DNA of 60,489 bases, counting the filler. It is 8 parts of 8 records of this genome, joined end to end, with 100 filler letters (N's around TTAATTAATTAA, not from the genome) between each part and the next. Parts side by side here need not be neighbours in the genome. Positions count along the whole stretch, not along the records: positions 34,193 to 48,331 come from SRR31147125_135998; positions 48,432 to 55,171 come from SRR31147125_136105; 6 more parts are not named here. One strand, 5' to 3'. Made by a program: the position numbers and the translations under genes. A model generated the notes under the pieces. That model searched no databases and was not told where the DNA came from. It was given only the letters and a program-made list of their open reading frames with translations. Positions 40,689-50,777 of this stretch are shown piece by piece; the stretch's first letter is position 1; the number at the start of each line of letters is the position of its first letter.

Positions 40689-41630
40689 TCAGTCCGTTGC
40701 CGTTCGACTGCCGACCCGATGGTTTTCGAGGTCCTGGAACATTTCCCGCAATGACAAGGCCTTTCTGCCGGTAAGCATCTCAAAATCCGTCGTACAGTTA
40801 TTCATCTGGCCAAGCCGTATCGCCCGTCCAAACGTTACCATGCCGTCGCTGCAAAACGGAAACGCCGGGTCAGCTTTAGACCAGTCCCCGTCGGTCTTCC
40901 GGGGAACAAACTTAGAGTCGAAAAATGCATACATCTCCTCGTCTGTGATGTACTTATAAACGACCTTCCTGCCGGTTACCTCTGAGCCGATCGCCACAAA
41001 TTCCTCCATTGTGTTGGCCGTTGGCCCGGTGATGTAATATACGGTATTGTCCTCGCCGGCGCCCGCCGCCACGCAGGCCGCCGCCTCGGCGCAGTCGTCG
41101 CGAGAAACATGCGCCATGCGGCCGTCGCCCATATTGTTGCTGAGAACGCCGCCGGATGCCGCCGCCTGCTCAAAGGACGCGAGCATGGCTTCACCGTACT
41201 GGGCGTCCCGCAAGATGACATACGTCAGCCCCGTATTGAGGATATACGCTTCGGTGTATTTATGGTCGGCAATCTCATAAGCATCGTTTTCAGGGACGCC
41301 GGCCCCTACAATCGAGGTATAGATGAGCTTTTTGACGCCGGCCTTAACGGCAGAATCGATCGCATTTTTATGCATCATTCTGCGTTTCTCACCAACCTGC
41401 GGCACAGAGATAAGCAGAAGCGTGTCACCGCCCGCAAACGCACCTACGAGCTGCTCAGGGTCCGTGTAATCGGCATAGCGGGCGTCGACCCCCTGCTCCT
41501 GAAATTTTGCGATCACCGATTTATTCGGACTTGTGAATATAAGGTCCTTCTTGTCTTTTTTATTCAGTATGCTTCTGGCGGTATATCCGCCAAAATTGCC
41601 GTCCACGCCTGTGATGATTATTTTTCCCAT
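40689..41630 (-). CDS. Atypical SDR / NmrA-like NAD(P)H-binding oxidoreductase (YtfG/QOR2-like)
   Basis: ITGVDGNFG, ADY.DP..L..AF.G, YTSIVGA, H..TE and VSRDDCAEAAA motifs. Confidence 0.85.
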   Translation of the reverse strand: MGKIIITGVDGNFGGYTARSILNKKDKKDLIFTSPNKSVIAKFQEQGVDARYADYTDPEQLVGAFAGGDTLLLISVPQVGEKRRMMHKNAIDSAVKAGVKKLIYTSIVGAGVPENDAYEIADHKYTEAYILNTGLTYVILRDAQYGEAMLASFEQAAASGGVLSNNMGDGRMAHVSRDDCAEAAACVAAGAGEDNTVYYITGPTANTMEEFVAIGSEVTGRKVVYKYITDEEMYAFFDSKFVPRKTDGDWSKADPAFPFCSDGMVTFGRAIRLGQMNNCTTDFEMLTGRKALSLREMFQDLENHRVGSRTATD

Positions 41631-41734
41631 ACTCACTCACCTTTGCTTTCAATTTAGATTCTGACGTATAATTTGCGGAGTTAAATTGCCGCCGCTTACT
41701 TACACAAGATTATTAACAACCGTTCTCAGCGCCA

Positions 41735-42229
41735 CTAAAAACGTTCTCCGCCTTCCCACATAGCCCAGTCGATTTTATCCTGATCTTCTTTTGAGAGCAG
41801 GTCGGCGCGCCAGGTGTTCGAGTGTTTTTTGGCCTGATTAACCTCCAGGAATAAAAACGGACGGTCAACCCGGCGGATTCGCCAAGGGGCGTGCGGTACG
41901 CCGGCCGGTATATAAATTGCTGTTGATTTGTTGACAATATGGGTTTCCATCTCCTCCCCCAGGGTAAATTCAATTTCAGCCCCAAGCTCGGTCGGATTAT
42001 TCGGATCGGCGCCTATATGAAAGAGTATTTCAGGCTCCTCATGAACGTGCGGCGGATGGCCAACCTGGAATTCATCCGCGGAGTAATCATTAGGCATAAT
42101 CCAGTGCAGGAAGTAAAAATTGCTTTCGGGGACAGTGGCGCTGTTAAAGCGCTGAACGATCTTCCCCAGCGGGAATTCCTGCTTGCCGTCGTAAGTTAAA
42201 AACAAATTATCATATTTCCCGGACATCAT
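41735..42229 (-). CDS. Cupin-fold metal-binding protein
   Basis: Cupin motif 1 PHVH..PE and motif 2 YIPAGVPHAPW. Confidence 0.75.
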   Translation of the reverse strand: MMSGKYDNLFLTYDGKQEFPLGKIVQRFNSATVPESNFYFLHWIMPNDYSADEFQVGHPPHVHEEPEILFHIGADPNNPTELGAEIEFTLGEEMETHIVNKSTAIYIPAGVPHAPWRIRRVDRPFLFLEVNQAKKHSNTWRADLLSKEDQDKIDWAMWEGGERF

Positions 42230-42343
42230 TATACATCTCCTGTCTTGATTCTTTCAATAGCCGCCTGTTAACAATATAAAATAACAGACGGCTATATATT
42301 TAAACGGTTATACCTTTTATGATTTCACTGGTATGCTCATGCC

Positions 42344-43726
42344 TTATTTTGCAAAGTGCGGGATTTCCTCTACGTCCTTATTTTCGTTTCGCACAAAGTC
42401 TGAGTTATACGGATACCGCGCCACCTTTACGCGGATGTCCATCTGTCTTGTTCCGGGCGTGCCCCAGATCAGCGTCAGTTCGGTACCCTCTTTGGCATAA
42501 GCGGGATCGATAAAGCCGAGCGAAATCATGCTGTTGTAGTGATAAGACATTATTTTACCCGTGCTGATACCGATGTCCTGGCCGTCATGCAGCACGCGAT
42601 CGGCACGGTATTCAAAATAATTATTGGAAATGTTACCTACAAAGTCCGTCTCGCCCTCATGCGCGATATTTTCACAGGGCTCCTCGCCCGGTTTAAACTG
42701 TGTCGCGAAGACCTTGCCGACATCATCGCCGTTCCACTCCAGTGTTACGACGGTCCGCTTTGGCTTTTTCGAGATTTTCTCCAGTGCTTTCCGGCCGGTA
42801 AAATCATGATTGAATTTGACAAGGAAGTCCCATCCCACATCAAACGGCGTCATAAAACGCGTCTGAATATCGTTTCCGACACTGCCTGCCAGCCTGCGGT
42901 TAATATTGTAGTAGGAATTCATGGGGTTCGCGTACATCCAGGCTGCCATATCCTCGCCGGACTCAAACCAGGGCAGCGGATAGTGCAGATTAATATTCGG
43001 GAAGCCCGCCTCCGTGTGATTGAAAAGGTTATAGGCGTGCATACCAAGCTTTTTTGCGCCGAATTTCTGTCCGCTAGCCCACACCTTACGGTATACCTCA
43101 TCGAAATCGCTCATCGGGCCGTGTATCTCGTATCCAAGATTACCCGACATGCCAAGCCGGATTACCTCAACCTCTTTGTCTCCCATTTTAGCCTTGCGGT
43201 GGGTTGCGAATTTGATGTCGTGAAGGTCAGACTCAAAAGCGTCCTCTAAGATCTCCAGGGATTTCTCCCCGTCGATCTGGATGAAATACTCCTTACCGGT
43301 CATGTCCTCGCCGGTTACGTTCATCCCGCTTTTTTTCAAGAGATAATCAATGGGCGGATTAAGCCAGTACGTGCGGTATCTGTCCTCGGCAATTCGAATG
43401 CAGACGCCGTCGGTCAATATCTGGCCCTTTTCGTTGCAGATAACCGCATGGCGCAGCCCCTTCATGGTCAGTTTGCTGAAATCGTTTGTACAAATAGAAT
43501 TGAGAAATTTCACAGCATCAGGACCAACAACATCGTATATCGGTGAAATCAGGAGCGTCGTCCCAATCCAGGCGCTCTTCCTGTAACCATCGATTTCCGT
43601 TTTAACGCCGGAGAACTCATAGGGGATAAGTACGCCGGGGCCCATGGCAAAAAGCAGCGTCGCCGACTCCATAAAGGCCGGTGTCGCCGGGGCTTGATTG
43701 GTATCTGACATTTTTTCGGTACTCAT
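42344..43726 (-). CDS. GcvT-family THF-dependent aminomethyltransferase/demethylase (LigM/DesA-like)
   Basis: PYEF.G...E, GPDA..FL, CNEKGQILTDG, RLGMSGNLGYEIHG, GMHAY...TEAGF, TPFDVGW...KFNHDFTGR.AL, VTLEWN, GTELTLIWG and ARYPY. ATG 43726 follows GGGAGG. Confidence 0.88.
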   Translation of the reverse strand: MSTEKMSDTNQAPATPAFMESATLLFAMGPGVLIPYEFSGVKTEIDGYRKSAWIGTTLLISPIYDVVGPDAVKFLNSICTNDFSKLTMKGLRHAVICNEKGQILTDGVCIRIAEDRYRTYWLNPPIDYLLKKSGMNVTGEDMTGKEYFIQIDGEKSLEILEDAFESDLHDIKFATHRKAKMGDKEVEVIRLGMSGNLGYEIHGPMSDFDEVYRKVWASGQKFGAKKLGMHAYNLFNHTEAGFPNINLHYPLPWFESGEDMAAWMYANPMNSYYNINRRLAGSVGNDIQTRFMTPFDVGWDFLVKFNHDFTGRKALEKISKKPKRTVVTLEWNGDDVGKVFATQFKPGEEPCENIAHEGETDFVGNISNNYFEYRADRVLHDGQDIGISTGKIMSYHYNSMISLGFIDPAYAKEGTELTLIWGTPGTRQMDIRVKVARYPYNSDFVRNENKDVEEIPHFAK

Positions 43727-43904
43727 TTGTTCTTCCTCCCATATAAAAACAATAGATTTTTGCCTATGCTTCAAAATACAGGCCTTTTGCTTTTCTTTAA
43801 AATAAGTATATAATTGAATTTGGTTGTACACATAGGCTAAATCTGCAGAAAGATTCACGTGTTTTTGCACGTATTTATCCAAACGCCTGAGGAGGGCCAA
43901 ATCC

Positions 43905-45431
43905 ATGAATCTGAATTATTCGATTTTGGCTGAAGATTTGCAGGATCTCAAAATCACAATCGTTCCCGCTCAAACAGATACCCCGCTGAAAGAGCTTAGA
44001 TATCTCTCAGCGGGACAGGCTTATCACAATGATTATCTGTACTTTGCATCATCAGATACATTCCGGCAATTTACCGAAAAAGCGCTGCCGAATAATATCG
44101 CTATAGCTAGCTGTGACGCCTCCGGTATCGAAGTGCAGCCGGGACACACGTACATGTGCATACATGAGGGCAGCCCGGATTTTCTGATCTTCTCCAGGCT
44201 GCAGGATCTTTTTACCGACTACCAGGATTGGCATGCCCGTATGCTCAACGCCATAATAATGAACAACGGCATCAAGAATATTTTAGACATTGCAGCCCAA
44301 AAGCTACTCAATCCGATCGCTCTGTTTGATACAACGGCCTCGCTCATCCATTGGTCGGGCAAATTTATGCATGATACATCCGGAAGCATCTGGGAAAAGG
44401 TGCTTCAAAAGGGGCATACTCTCGATTTCTACACGTTCGCTGAATGGGCGGACATCAGCAGCAGGCTCAACAGCTCCAGCGCACCTTTTATTTACAAATC
44501 ATCCAGTGACCCGGAAAACTCCCTGCTGATCTGTCCCATAAAATGCAAAGGCCGGTTTATTGCCAGCCTTGGAATGTGTTCTATAAACGAACCAATAACA
44601 GACAGACAGAGGCATCTTATTGAAATCATTCGGGATATTCTCGAGCTGGCGCTCAAAAACTCCGTTCAGCTGCGCCGGGAAAGCGCCACTTATTATATGG
44701 AGTGCCTTCTCAGCGGCATAGCCATTGAGGATAAAACGGTCAACTATTATTTAAAACGGCGCGGCTGGTCGCTTGAGAGCACGTACTGCCTGTTCAATTT
44801 CGCCTGTCCTAATGAGTCGGATAATTATGATTCCATTACCAACCCTTACATGGGCTGGATTGAAGGCAAGTTCCCATCCGGACTTTTATGCTCCCACGAG
44901 GAGTCTATCGTGATGATTATCAACACGGAGGAATGCGACCCGTCGTCGCCGGGAACGCGTCAAGCGCTTGAAGAGCTATACGATAAATTTCAGCTGCAAT
45001 GCGGCATTAGTGCTGAATTTTATAACTTCACCACGCTCAAGTACTACTACATTCAAAGCAAGGCGGCCCTGACAGAAGGCCGTCATGAAAATCCCGGGCA
45101 GCCTTATTACTTATTTCTAAACTTTTATAAGCAGAATCTGGCTCGTGCGCTCGACGCCGTGACAAGCCTGAAATCGCTTGTCCACCCGCGTATCCTGCAG
45201 CTTTGGAATAGCGGGGATGACAAGCTGCTGTCGCTTATACAAACGCTTTGGGCCTATCTTTTGAACGGCCGGAACATCACGACAACCTCCGACCTGCTCC
45301 ATATACACAGAAATACGCTTTTATACCGGCTTGAAAAGATTTCTGATTATCTGAAAATGGATCTGGGGCATCTCGACGCCGATACATTATTTTACTTATT
45401 CATTTCTTGCTTTATAATCGAAAATCTTTAA
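43905..45431 (+). CDS. PucR/CdaR family transcriptional regulator
   Basis: C-terminal HTH TLWAYLLNGRN...LHIHRNTLLYRLEKI and GISAEF. Divergent from the LigM-like gene. Confidence 0.9.
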   Translation: MNLNYSILAEDLQDLKITIVPAQTDTPLKELRYLSAGQAYHNDYLYFASSDTFRQFTEKALPNNIAIASCDASGIEVQPGHTYMCIHEGSPDFLIFSRLQDLFTDYQDWHARMLNAIIMNNGIKNILDIAAQKLLNPIALFDTTASLIHWSGKFMHDTSGSIWEKVLQKGHTLDFYTFAEWADISSRLNSSSAPFIYKSSSDPENSLLICPIKCKGRFIASLGMCSINEPITDRQRHLIEIIRDILELALKNSVQLRRESATYYMECLLSGIAIEDKTVNYYLKRRGWSLESTYCLFNFACPNESDNYDSITNPYMGWIEGKFPSGLLCSHEESIVMIINTEECDPSSPGTRQALEELYDKFQLQCGISAEFYNFTTLKYYYIQSKAALTEGRHENPGQPYYLFLNFYKQNLARALDAVTSLKSLVHPRILQLWNSGDDKLLSLIQTLWAYLLNGRNITTTSDLLHIHRNTLLYRLEKISDYLKMDLGHLDADTLFYLFISCFIIENL

Positions 45432-45561
45432 GTAATCAGCTCCCATCCCTTATTCCCGGTTTAAAATACGCTCAGCCGGAGAAAAGAAGCTGCGATAGAC
45501 GATGCTGAGGTTTTTTTCAGCGTACGATAAATATAATTTATAGCCATAAAAAACAATATTG

Positions 45562-45598
45562 ATTTCCATTATGTAGCAACTAGATATATAATGGAAAT
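45562..45598. promoter_or_regulatory. Inverted-repeat operator upstream of the Mo enzyme
   Basis: ATTTCCATTAT-N15-ATAATGGAAAT (perfect 11-bp arms), overlapping TATAAT at 45587-45592. Confidence 0.6.
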
Positions 45599-45672
45599 TA
45601 GGACAATTTCCAACGCGAAAGGACGATGATTTTTAAGCACATTACCTAAAACTTTATAGAGGAGGTAGTCAA

Positions 45673-48331
45673 GTGCCAACAGCAAAAGAGATAACAGTAC
45701 AGCCCCAGGCATCCACCGGCAAGGCCCCGCCGGCTGTAGGAGCCGACAAAACCGTTATCAAAGCACTTGGTCTGAGTGGAGGCATCTTCGGCGCTTCACC
45801 CTGCGCCGTCGACGTCAAGGACGGAAAGGTTGTCCGCATCCGGCCGCTCCACTGGGATTCAAAGTACGATTTCGCGTCTTTCAACCCCTGGAAGATGGAG
45901 CGGGGCGGCAAGACCTTTGAACCGCTTCAGAAATCAGCGCCGGCTCCCTGGAGCCTGGCCTACAAGAAAAGAACCTACTCTCCCAACCGCATCAAATATC
46001 CGCTCAAACGCGTCGACTGGGATCCAAACGGCGAGCGCAACACCCAAAACCGGGGTAAGAGCAAGTTCGTCCGCATTTCCTGGGACGAAGCCACAGACCT
46101 CATCGCTGCCGAGATCCGGCGCGTACACAAGGAATACGGTCCGCTTGCCATTCTGGTACAGGGGGACGGGCACGGGGAATGCAAGATGATCCACGCGCCC
46201 CACGGCTGTTCAACGCTCCTCTTTGACAAAATGGGCGGCTTTACACAGCAGATCCGAAACCCCGACAGCTGGGAAGGCTGGTATTGGGGCGCCAAGCACG
46301 TGTGGGGCAAGGGCTTCATCGGCATGATGGCCCCCGCCGACAACGTGGTGAAGGACATCTCCGAAAACAGCGACATGGTGCTTGTCTGGGGCGGCGATCC
46401 AGAAACCACTCACTGGGGCTTCCGGGGACAGCTGGCCAGCCGGCTTTTATACTTCTGGTCGCAGGCCGGTATCAAGCAGGTCTACATATGCCCCGACCTC
46501 AACTATTCAGCGGCTATCCACGCCGATAAGTGGATACCCATTCTGCCCAACACCGATGCGGCCATGCAGCTGGCTATCATCTATATGTGGATCACCGAGG
46601 GCACCTACGACAAGGATTACGTGGCAACCCACACGGTCGGGTTTGATAAAATCAAGGCCTACGTGCTCGGCGAGGTGGACGGCGTTCCCAAGACGCCCAA
46701 GTGGGCAAGCGGCAAATGTGGGGTCCCCTCCTGGACCATCAAGGCGCTCGCCCGGGACTGGGCGCAAAAGATCGTGACCATCGGCCACTATTTTGCCGGC
46801 GGCATGGCACGCGGCCCCTACTCTCACGAACCGGCCCGGCTGGAGGTCGTCCTTCTGGGCATGCAGGGTCTGGGCAAGCCGGGCGTGCATCAGGCGCAGA
46901 TTGCCTACACCGGTATGCCTAAAAACATTATCGCCGGCGGCAAGGACCACATGGGTACGTTTGAAAAGCTGGTCGGCACGCCGGCCGGTGAGCGTATATT
47001 GAAGCCGCACCGCGGCACGCCGACGGCCTGGGGCAAGCAGATGATCCCGAAAACACTCATCGAGGAGGCCATCCGGAAAGGAACCGTTGATTTCTGGGGC
47101 ACCGGCGGCCACGAGGAAGAGACCTCCAACCAGTACAAGAAGTATACTTATCCGATTCCGAAGGAAGAAGGCGGCACTGAAATCCACATGATGTGGACGG
47201 ATACCCCCTGCCGTCAGACCTGCTGGAACTGCGGCAACGACGTAGCCCTGGATTCACGCAACCCCAAAATTGAGTGTATCGTAGCTCAGCATCCCTGGCT
47301 GGAGAACGACTGCCTCTTTGCGGACATCATCCTGCCCTCCAACACCACGCTTGAGGTAGACGATATCTCGCCGTGTCTTCGGGACGGCGACAGCTTCCAG
47401 AGCGTCCTGTACATGAAAAAGGCCATCGAGCCGGTGGGCGAATCCAAGAGCGACTTTGAGGTTATCGTCGAGGTTGCCAAAAAGCTCGGCATGGAGCAGG
47501 AGGTTACCGAGGGCTACTCGGTCGATGACCTCATCAAGGCGACCTACGAGGGCATGAAGTTTGACCAGATCGTCAGCTGGGATGAGTTTAAAGAAAAGGA
47601 CTACATGGTGCTCCCAGTCTCCGAGGATTGGGAAAAATGGCCCGCCGGTCTTTACAGCTTCTACGCCGACCCGGTCGCAAACCCCTCCCCACCCCCACCG
47701 GAAAGCTGGAGTTCTATTCCGAAAGCCTGGATAAGGCCTTCCCGGATGATGAGGAACGCCCGGCCTATCCCCAGTGGATTGAAAAAGGTATCACCCACGA
47801 CGAGCGCATTTCGAGCAAGCGGGCGCAGGCCTACCCGCTGCTGGTGCTCTCCAACCACGGCCGCTGGCGCGTCCACGCGCAGGCCGATGATATCCCATGG
47901 TCCAAGGAAGCGAGGACCGGAAAGGTCAGAGGCTTTGACGGGTATCTCTATGAGCCCTGCTGGATTAATCCGGGCGACGCCGCTGCCAGAGGCATAAAGG
48001 ACGGAGACATCGTCCGTGTATACAACGAGCGCGGCAGCGTGCTTTGCGGGGCGCTGGTGTTTGAGCGGGTCATGGCCGGCGCGGTCTCCATCGATCACGG
48101 CGCGCGGACCGACTACATCATTCCCGGCAAGCTGGATCGCGGCGGCGCTATTAATACGATTACCCCGGAAGGGTTAACATCCCGTCACGCCGCCGGCCAG
48201 GCTACTACAGCTTTCCTGGTTGAGGTAGAGCGGGTCAGTATGGACCAGATGGATAAGTGGCGCAGAGAGAATCCCGAAGCCTTCGCCCGTGAATACGACA
48301 TGGCTTCCGGGCTCCGGTTCAACGCCTGGGT
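45673..48331 (+). CDS. DMSO-reductase-family Mo-bisPGD enzyme resembling the pyrogallol transhydroxylase large subunit (frameshift near 47684; C-terminus cut by the contig end)
   Basis: VDVKDGKVVRIRP, YPLKRVDWDPNGERN, RISWDEA, NPDSWEGWYWG (Ser Mo ligand), MQGLGKPG and ADIILP. One added C gives NPLPTPTGKLEF, joining ORF 47628-48383 (HGRWRVHAQ, VYNERG). No Tat signal and no N-terminal Fe-S motif. Confidence 0.88.
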
Positions 48332-48431
48332 NNNNNNNNNNNNNNNNNNNNNNNNNNNNNNNNNNNNNNNNNNNNTTAATTAATTAANNNNNNNNNNNNN
48401 NNNNNNNNNNNNNNNNNNNNNNNNNNNNNNN
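48332..48431. other. Artificial contig spacer
   Basis: 44 N + TTAATTAATTAA + 44 N. Confidence 0.99.
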
Positions 48432-48557
48432 TTTTTTCTTGATTTGGCTAATCCATAATGCTACAAAACCACTCGATTATGGATCACCCAAAAAAAACAA
48501 CGCATAAATTTTAATTTGTAACAATTCCAATCTTAATGAGAAAGGGAGAACAAGGGC

Positions 48558-50777
48558 ATGGATTATTTCTTCAAACCCAAAGGGGTTGCCGTAATAGGTG
48601 CATCCCCAAATCCGAATAAAGGCGGCAACATCCTTATTGCCAATATGCAAAAGGGCTATAGCGGGCATATTTATCCGGTAAATCCCCGCTACGAAGAGAT
48701 CAACGGATTGAAGTGCTACACCGACATTTTGGACGTTCCCGACCCGGTTGACCTGGCCATTGTTTACGTTGGGGCTTCCATGGTGCCTCAAACCATCGAA
48801 GCGTGCTCAAAAAGAGGAATTTCCGGAGCCATGCTGCAATCCGCCGGCTTCTCGGAGTCGGGAGGCGAAGGAGAGGCCCTTCAACTGGAAACCGCCAAGA
48901 TTGCCAAACATACGGGAATAAGGCTTTGGGGCCCCAACTGCATGGGCTTGGTGGATGCCGTCAATAAAACCGTCTTTTCAACAGTTGCCCCCACCATTTG
49001 GAGTGCGGGGATGACGCCGGGGAATGTATCCCTGATCGTTCAAAGCGGCATGCTTGCCGGCGCATTTTTAATCGATCTCATGACCCACGGCACCATGGGA
49101 ATCAGCAAAGCATGCTCCATCGGCAACAAAATGGATATCCATGAATCTGATATTCTTGAATATTTTTTGGATGACCCAAAAACAGGTGTGATTGGGCTCT
49201 ATCTTGAATCCATTGTGGATGGGCCGAGATTCATCTCCCTATGTCGCCGATCCGACAAGCCGATTGTGATTCTCAAAGGTGGGAAAAGTGTAAAAGGAGC
49301 TGAGGCGGCATTGAGCCACACGGCCAGCATGGCCGGTAATGATGCCGTGGTCAGCGGAGCCCTTCGTCAAGCCGGTGTGATTGAAGCCGATGATTTTTTT
49401 CAGATGACGGATCTTTGTAGGGCCCTGGGGACAAGCGCCACCATAGGCGATCCGGCAGCAACGGCGACACCGGGAGTCAAGCAATCCAAAAACGAGACAT
49501 CCCCCGTCATTGAGAGCAATGTTGCTTTGCAAAACCGCATTGCGATCCTGACTTACAGTGGTGGCGCCGGGATTGTTTCAACGGATTTTTTGGAATCGCA
49601 AACGTTGGAACTCGCAGACCTATCAGAAGAGAGCCTGGACATGTTGCAACCGCTCTATCCGCCATGGATGCCTCCGGCCAACCCCATGGATCTATGGCCG
49701 GGCATCATCGGGAACGGTGCCGTCAAAGTGTACAACGAATCTGTTCGTGTCGCCTGTGCCGACCCAGGCGTTGACGGTATCTTTGCCCACTGTTTCGTGG
49801 GGGGATTCGGCCTGGAACCCGATCTTTCCACCATGGCCCAAATGGCCAAAGATGCCGGGAAGCCTTTGATTTGCTGGATATCGGGCGAAAGAGAGGCGGT
49901 TCACCAATTTCAGGTGGAGGCAGAGAGGCTGGGAGTTCCCGTATTTCGAGAAGTCTACCGGGCAGTGGAGTGTCTGGGAACCGTGCTGAAATATCGTCAA
50001 TCCAGAAGAGAGGCACAAAATGAGTCCCATGCCCCAGTGGACACCCATGTCCAACCGGCCGAACCCGCGGTTATATCGTTTCCTGACGAAATCAATGCGT
50101 TGCTGGACACCCATGTCGGAAGCCTGGACGAACATCAATCAAAGAAAATCCTGGCGGCATTGAATATTCCGGTGAGTACCGAACAGTTGACCGGCTCTTC
50201 CTCCGAGGCGAAAAACGCCGCTCAATCCATTGGATTTCCAGTGGTCATGAAAGGGGTGAGTTCTGATATCATCCACAAAACCGAAGCGGATCTGGTACGC
50301 CTCAACATCTCATCTTCACGTCAGGTGGAGACTGTTTTTTCGGAATTGATGAAAGCCATGGATGGAGATGGACAGGTATTGGTGCAATCCCAAATTGAAG
50401 GCGGGCTGGAGGTCATCGTCGGGCTTGTCAGGGATCCCCAGTTCGGCACATGCGTCATGTGCGGCCTTGGCGGTGTATTTGCGGAACTCTTACAAGATCG
50501 GGTTTTCGCCGTTGCCCCCCTGACCCATGACGATGCTTTGGCCCTTGTGGGTAGACTTAAATCTCAACCCCTTCTCAACGGATTCCGGGGTGCCGAACCA
50601 CTCCATCGCGATGCATTGGCCGACATTCTGGTGCGCATCTCGCAATTGGGCCTCTCATGTCCCGGAATATCCGAAATAGACATCAATCCCTTGATCATCA
50701 GCGACGGTCAACCTGTGGCAGTGGATGCAACGATAATTTTAAACAAAAAAGACAATGAGGAAAAACATCATGATTGA
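48558..50777 (+). CDS. ADP-forming acetate/acyl-CoA ligase (fused alpha-beta)
   Basis: VAVIGAS, YPVNP, GPNCMG, QSG, GNKMD, SHTASMAG (phospho-His), SGGAG, NPMDL, and ATP-grasp HKTE, DPQFG, DINPL. Confidence 0.93.
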   Translation: MDYFFKPKGVAVIGASPNPNKGGNILIANMQKGYSGHIYPVNPRYEEINGLKCYTDILDVPDPVDLAIVYVGASMVPQTIEACSKRGISGAMLQSAGFSESGGEGEALQLETAKIAKHTGIRLWGPNCMGLVDAVNKTVFSTVAPTIWSAGMTPGNVSLIVQSGMLAGAFLIDLMTHGTMGISKACSIGNKMDIHESDILEYFLDDPKTGVIGLYLESIVDGPRFISLCRRSDKPIVILKGGKSVKGAEAALSHTASMAGNDAVVSGALRQAGVIEADDFFQMTDLCRALGTSATIGDPAATATPGVKQSKNETSPVIESNVALQNRIAILTYSGGAGIVSTDFLESQTLELADLSEESLDMLQPLYPPWMPPANPMDLWPGIIGNGAVKVYNESVRVACADPGVDGIFAHCFVGGFGLEPDLSTMAQMAKDAGKPLICWISGEREAVHQFQVEAERLGVPVFREVYRAVECLGTVLKYRQSRREAQNESHAPVDTHVQPAEPAVISFPDEINALLDTHVGSLDEHQSKKILAALNIPVSTEQLTGSSSEAKNAAQSIGFPVVMKGVSSDIIHKTEADLVRLNISSSRQVETVFSELMKAMDGDGQVLVQSQIEGGLEVIVGLVRDPQFGTCVMCGLGGVFAELLQDRVFAVAPLTHDDALALVGRLKSQPLLNGFRGAEPLHRDALADILVRISQLGLSCPGISEIDINPLIISDGQPVAVDATIILNKKDNEEKHHD

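Noticed and set aside
43727-43906. N-terminal extensions in the ORF track (LigM-like from 43906, KAS-III from 36564, amt from 7567, xdhA from 2689)
   Set aside because: Downstream ATGs have clear RBSs and match family starts, and the extensions run through promoters or neighbouring genes.
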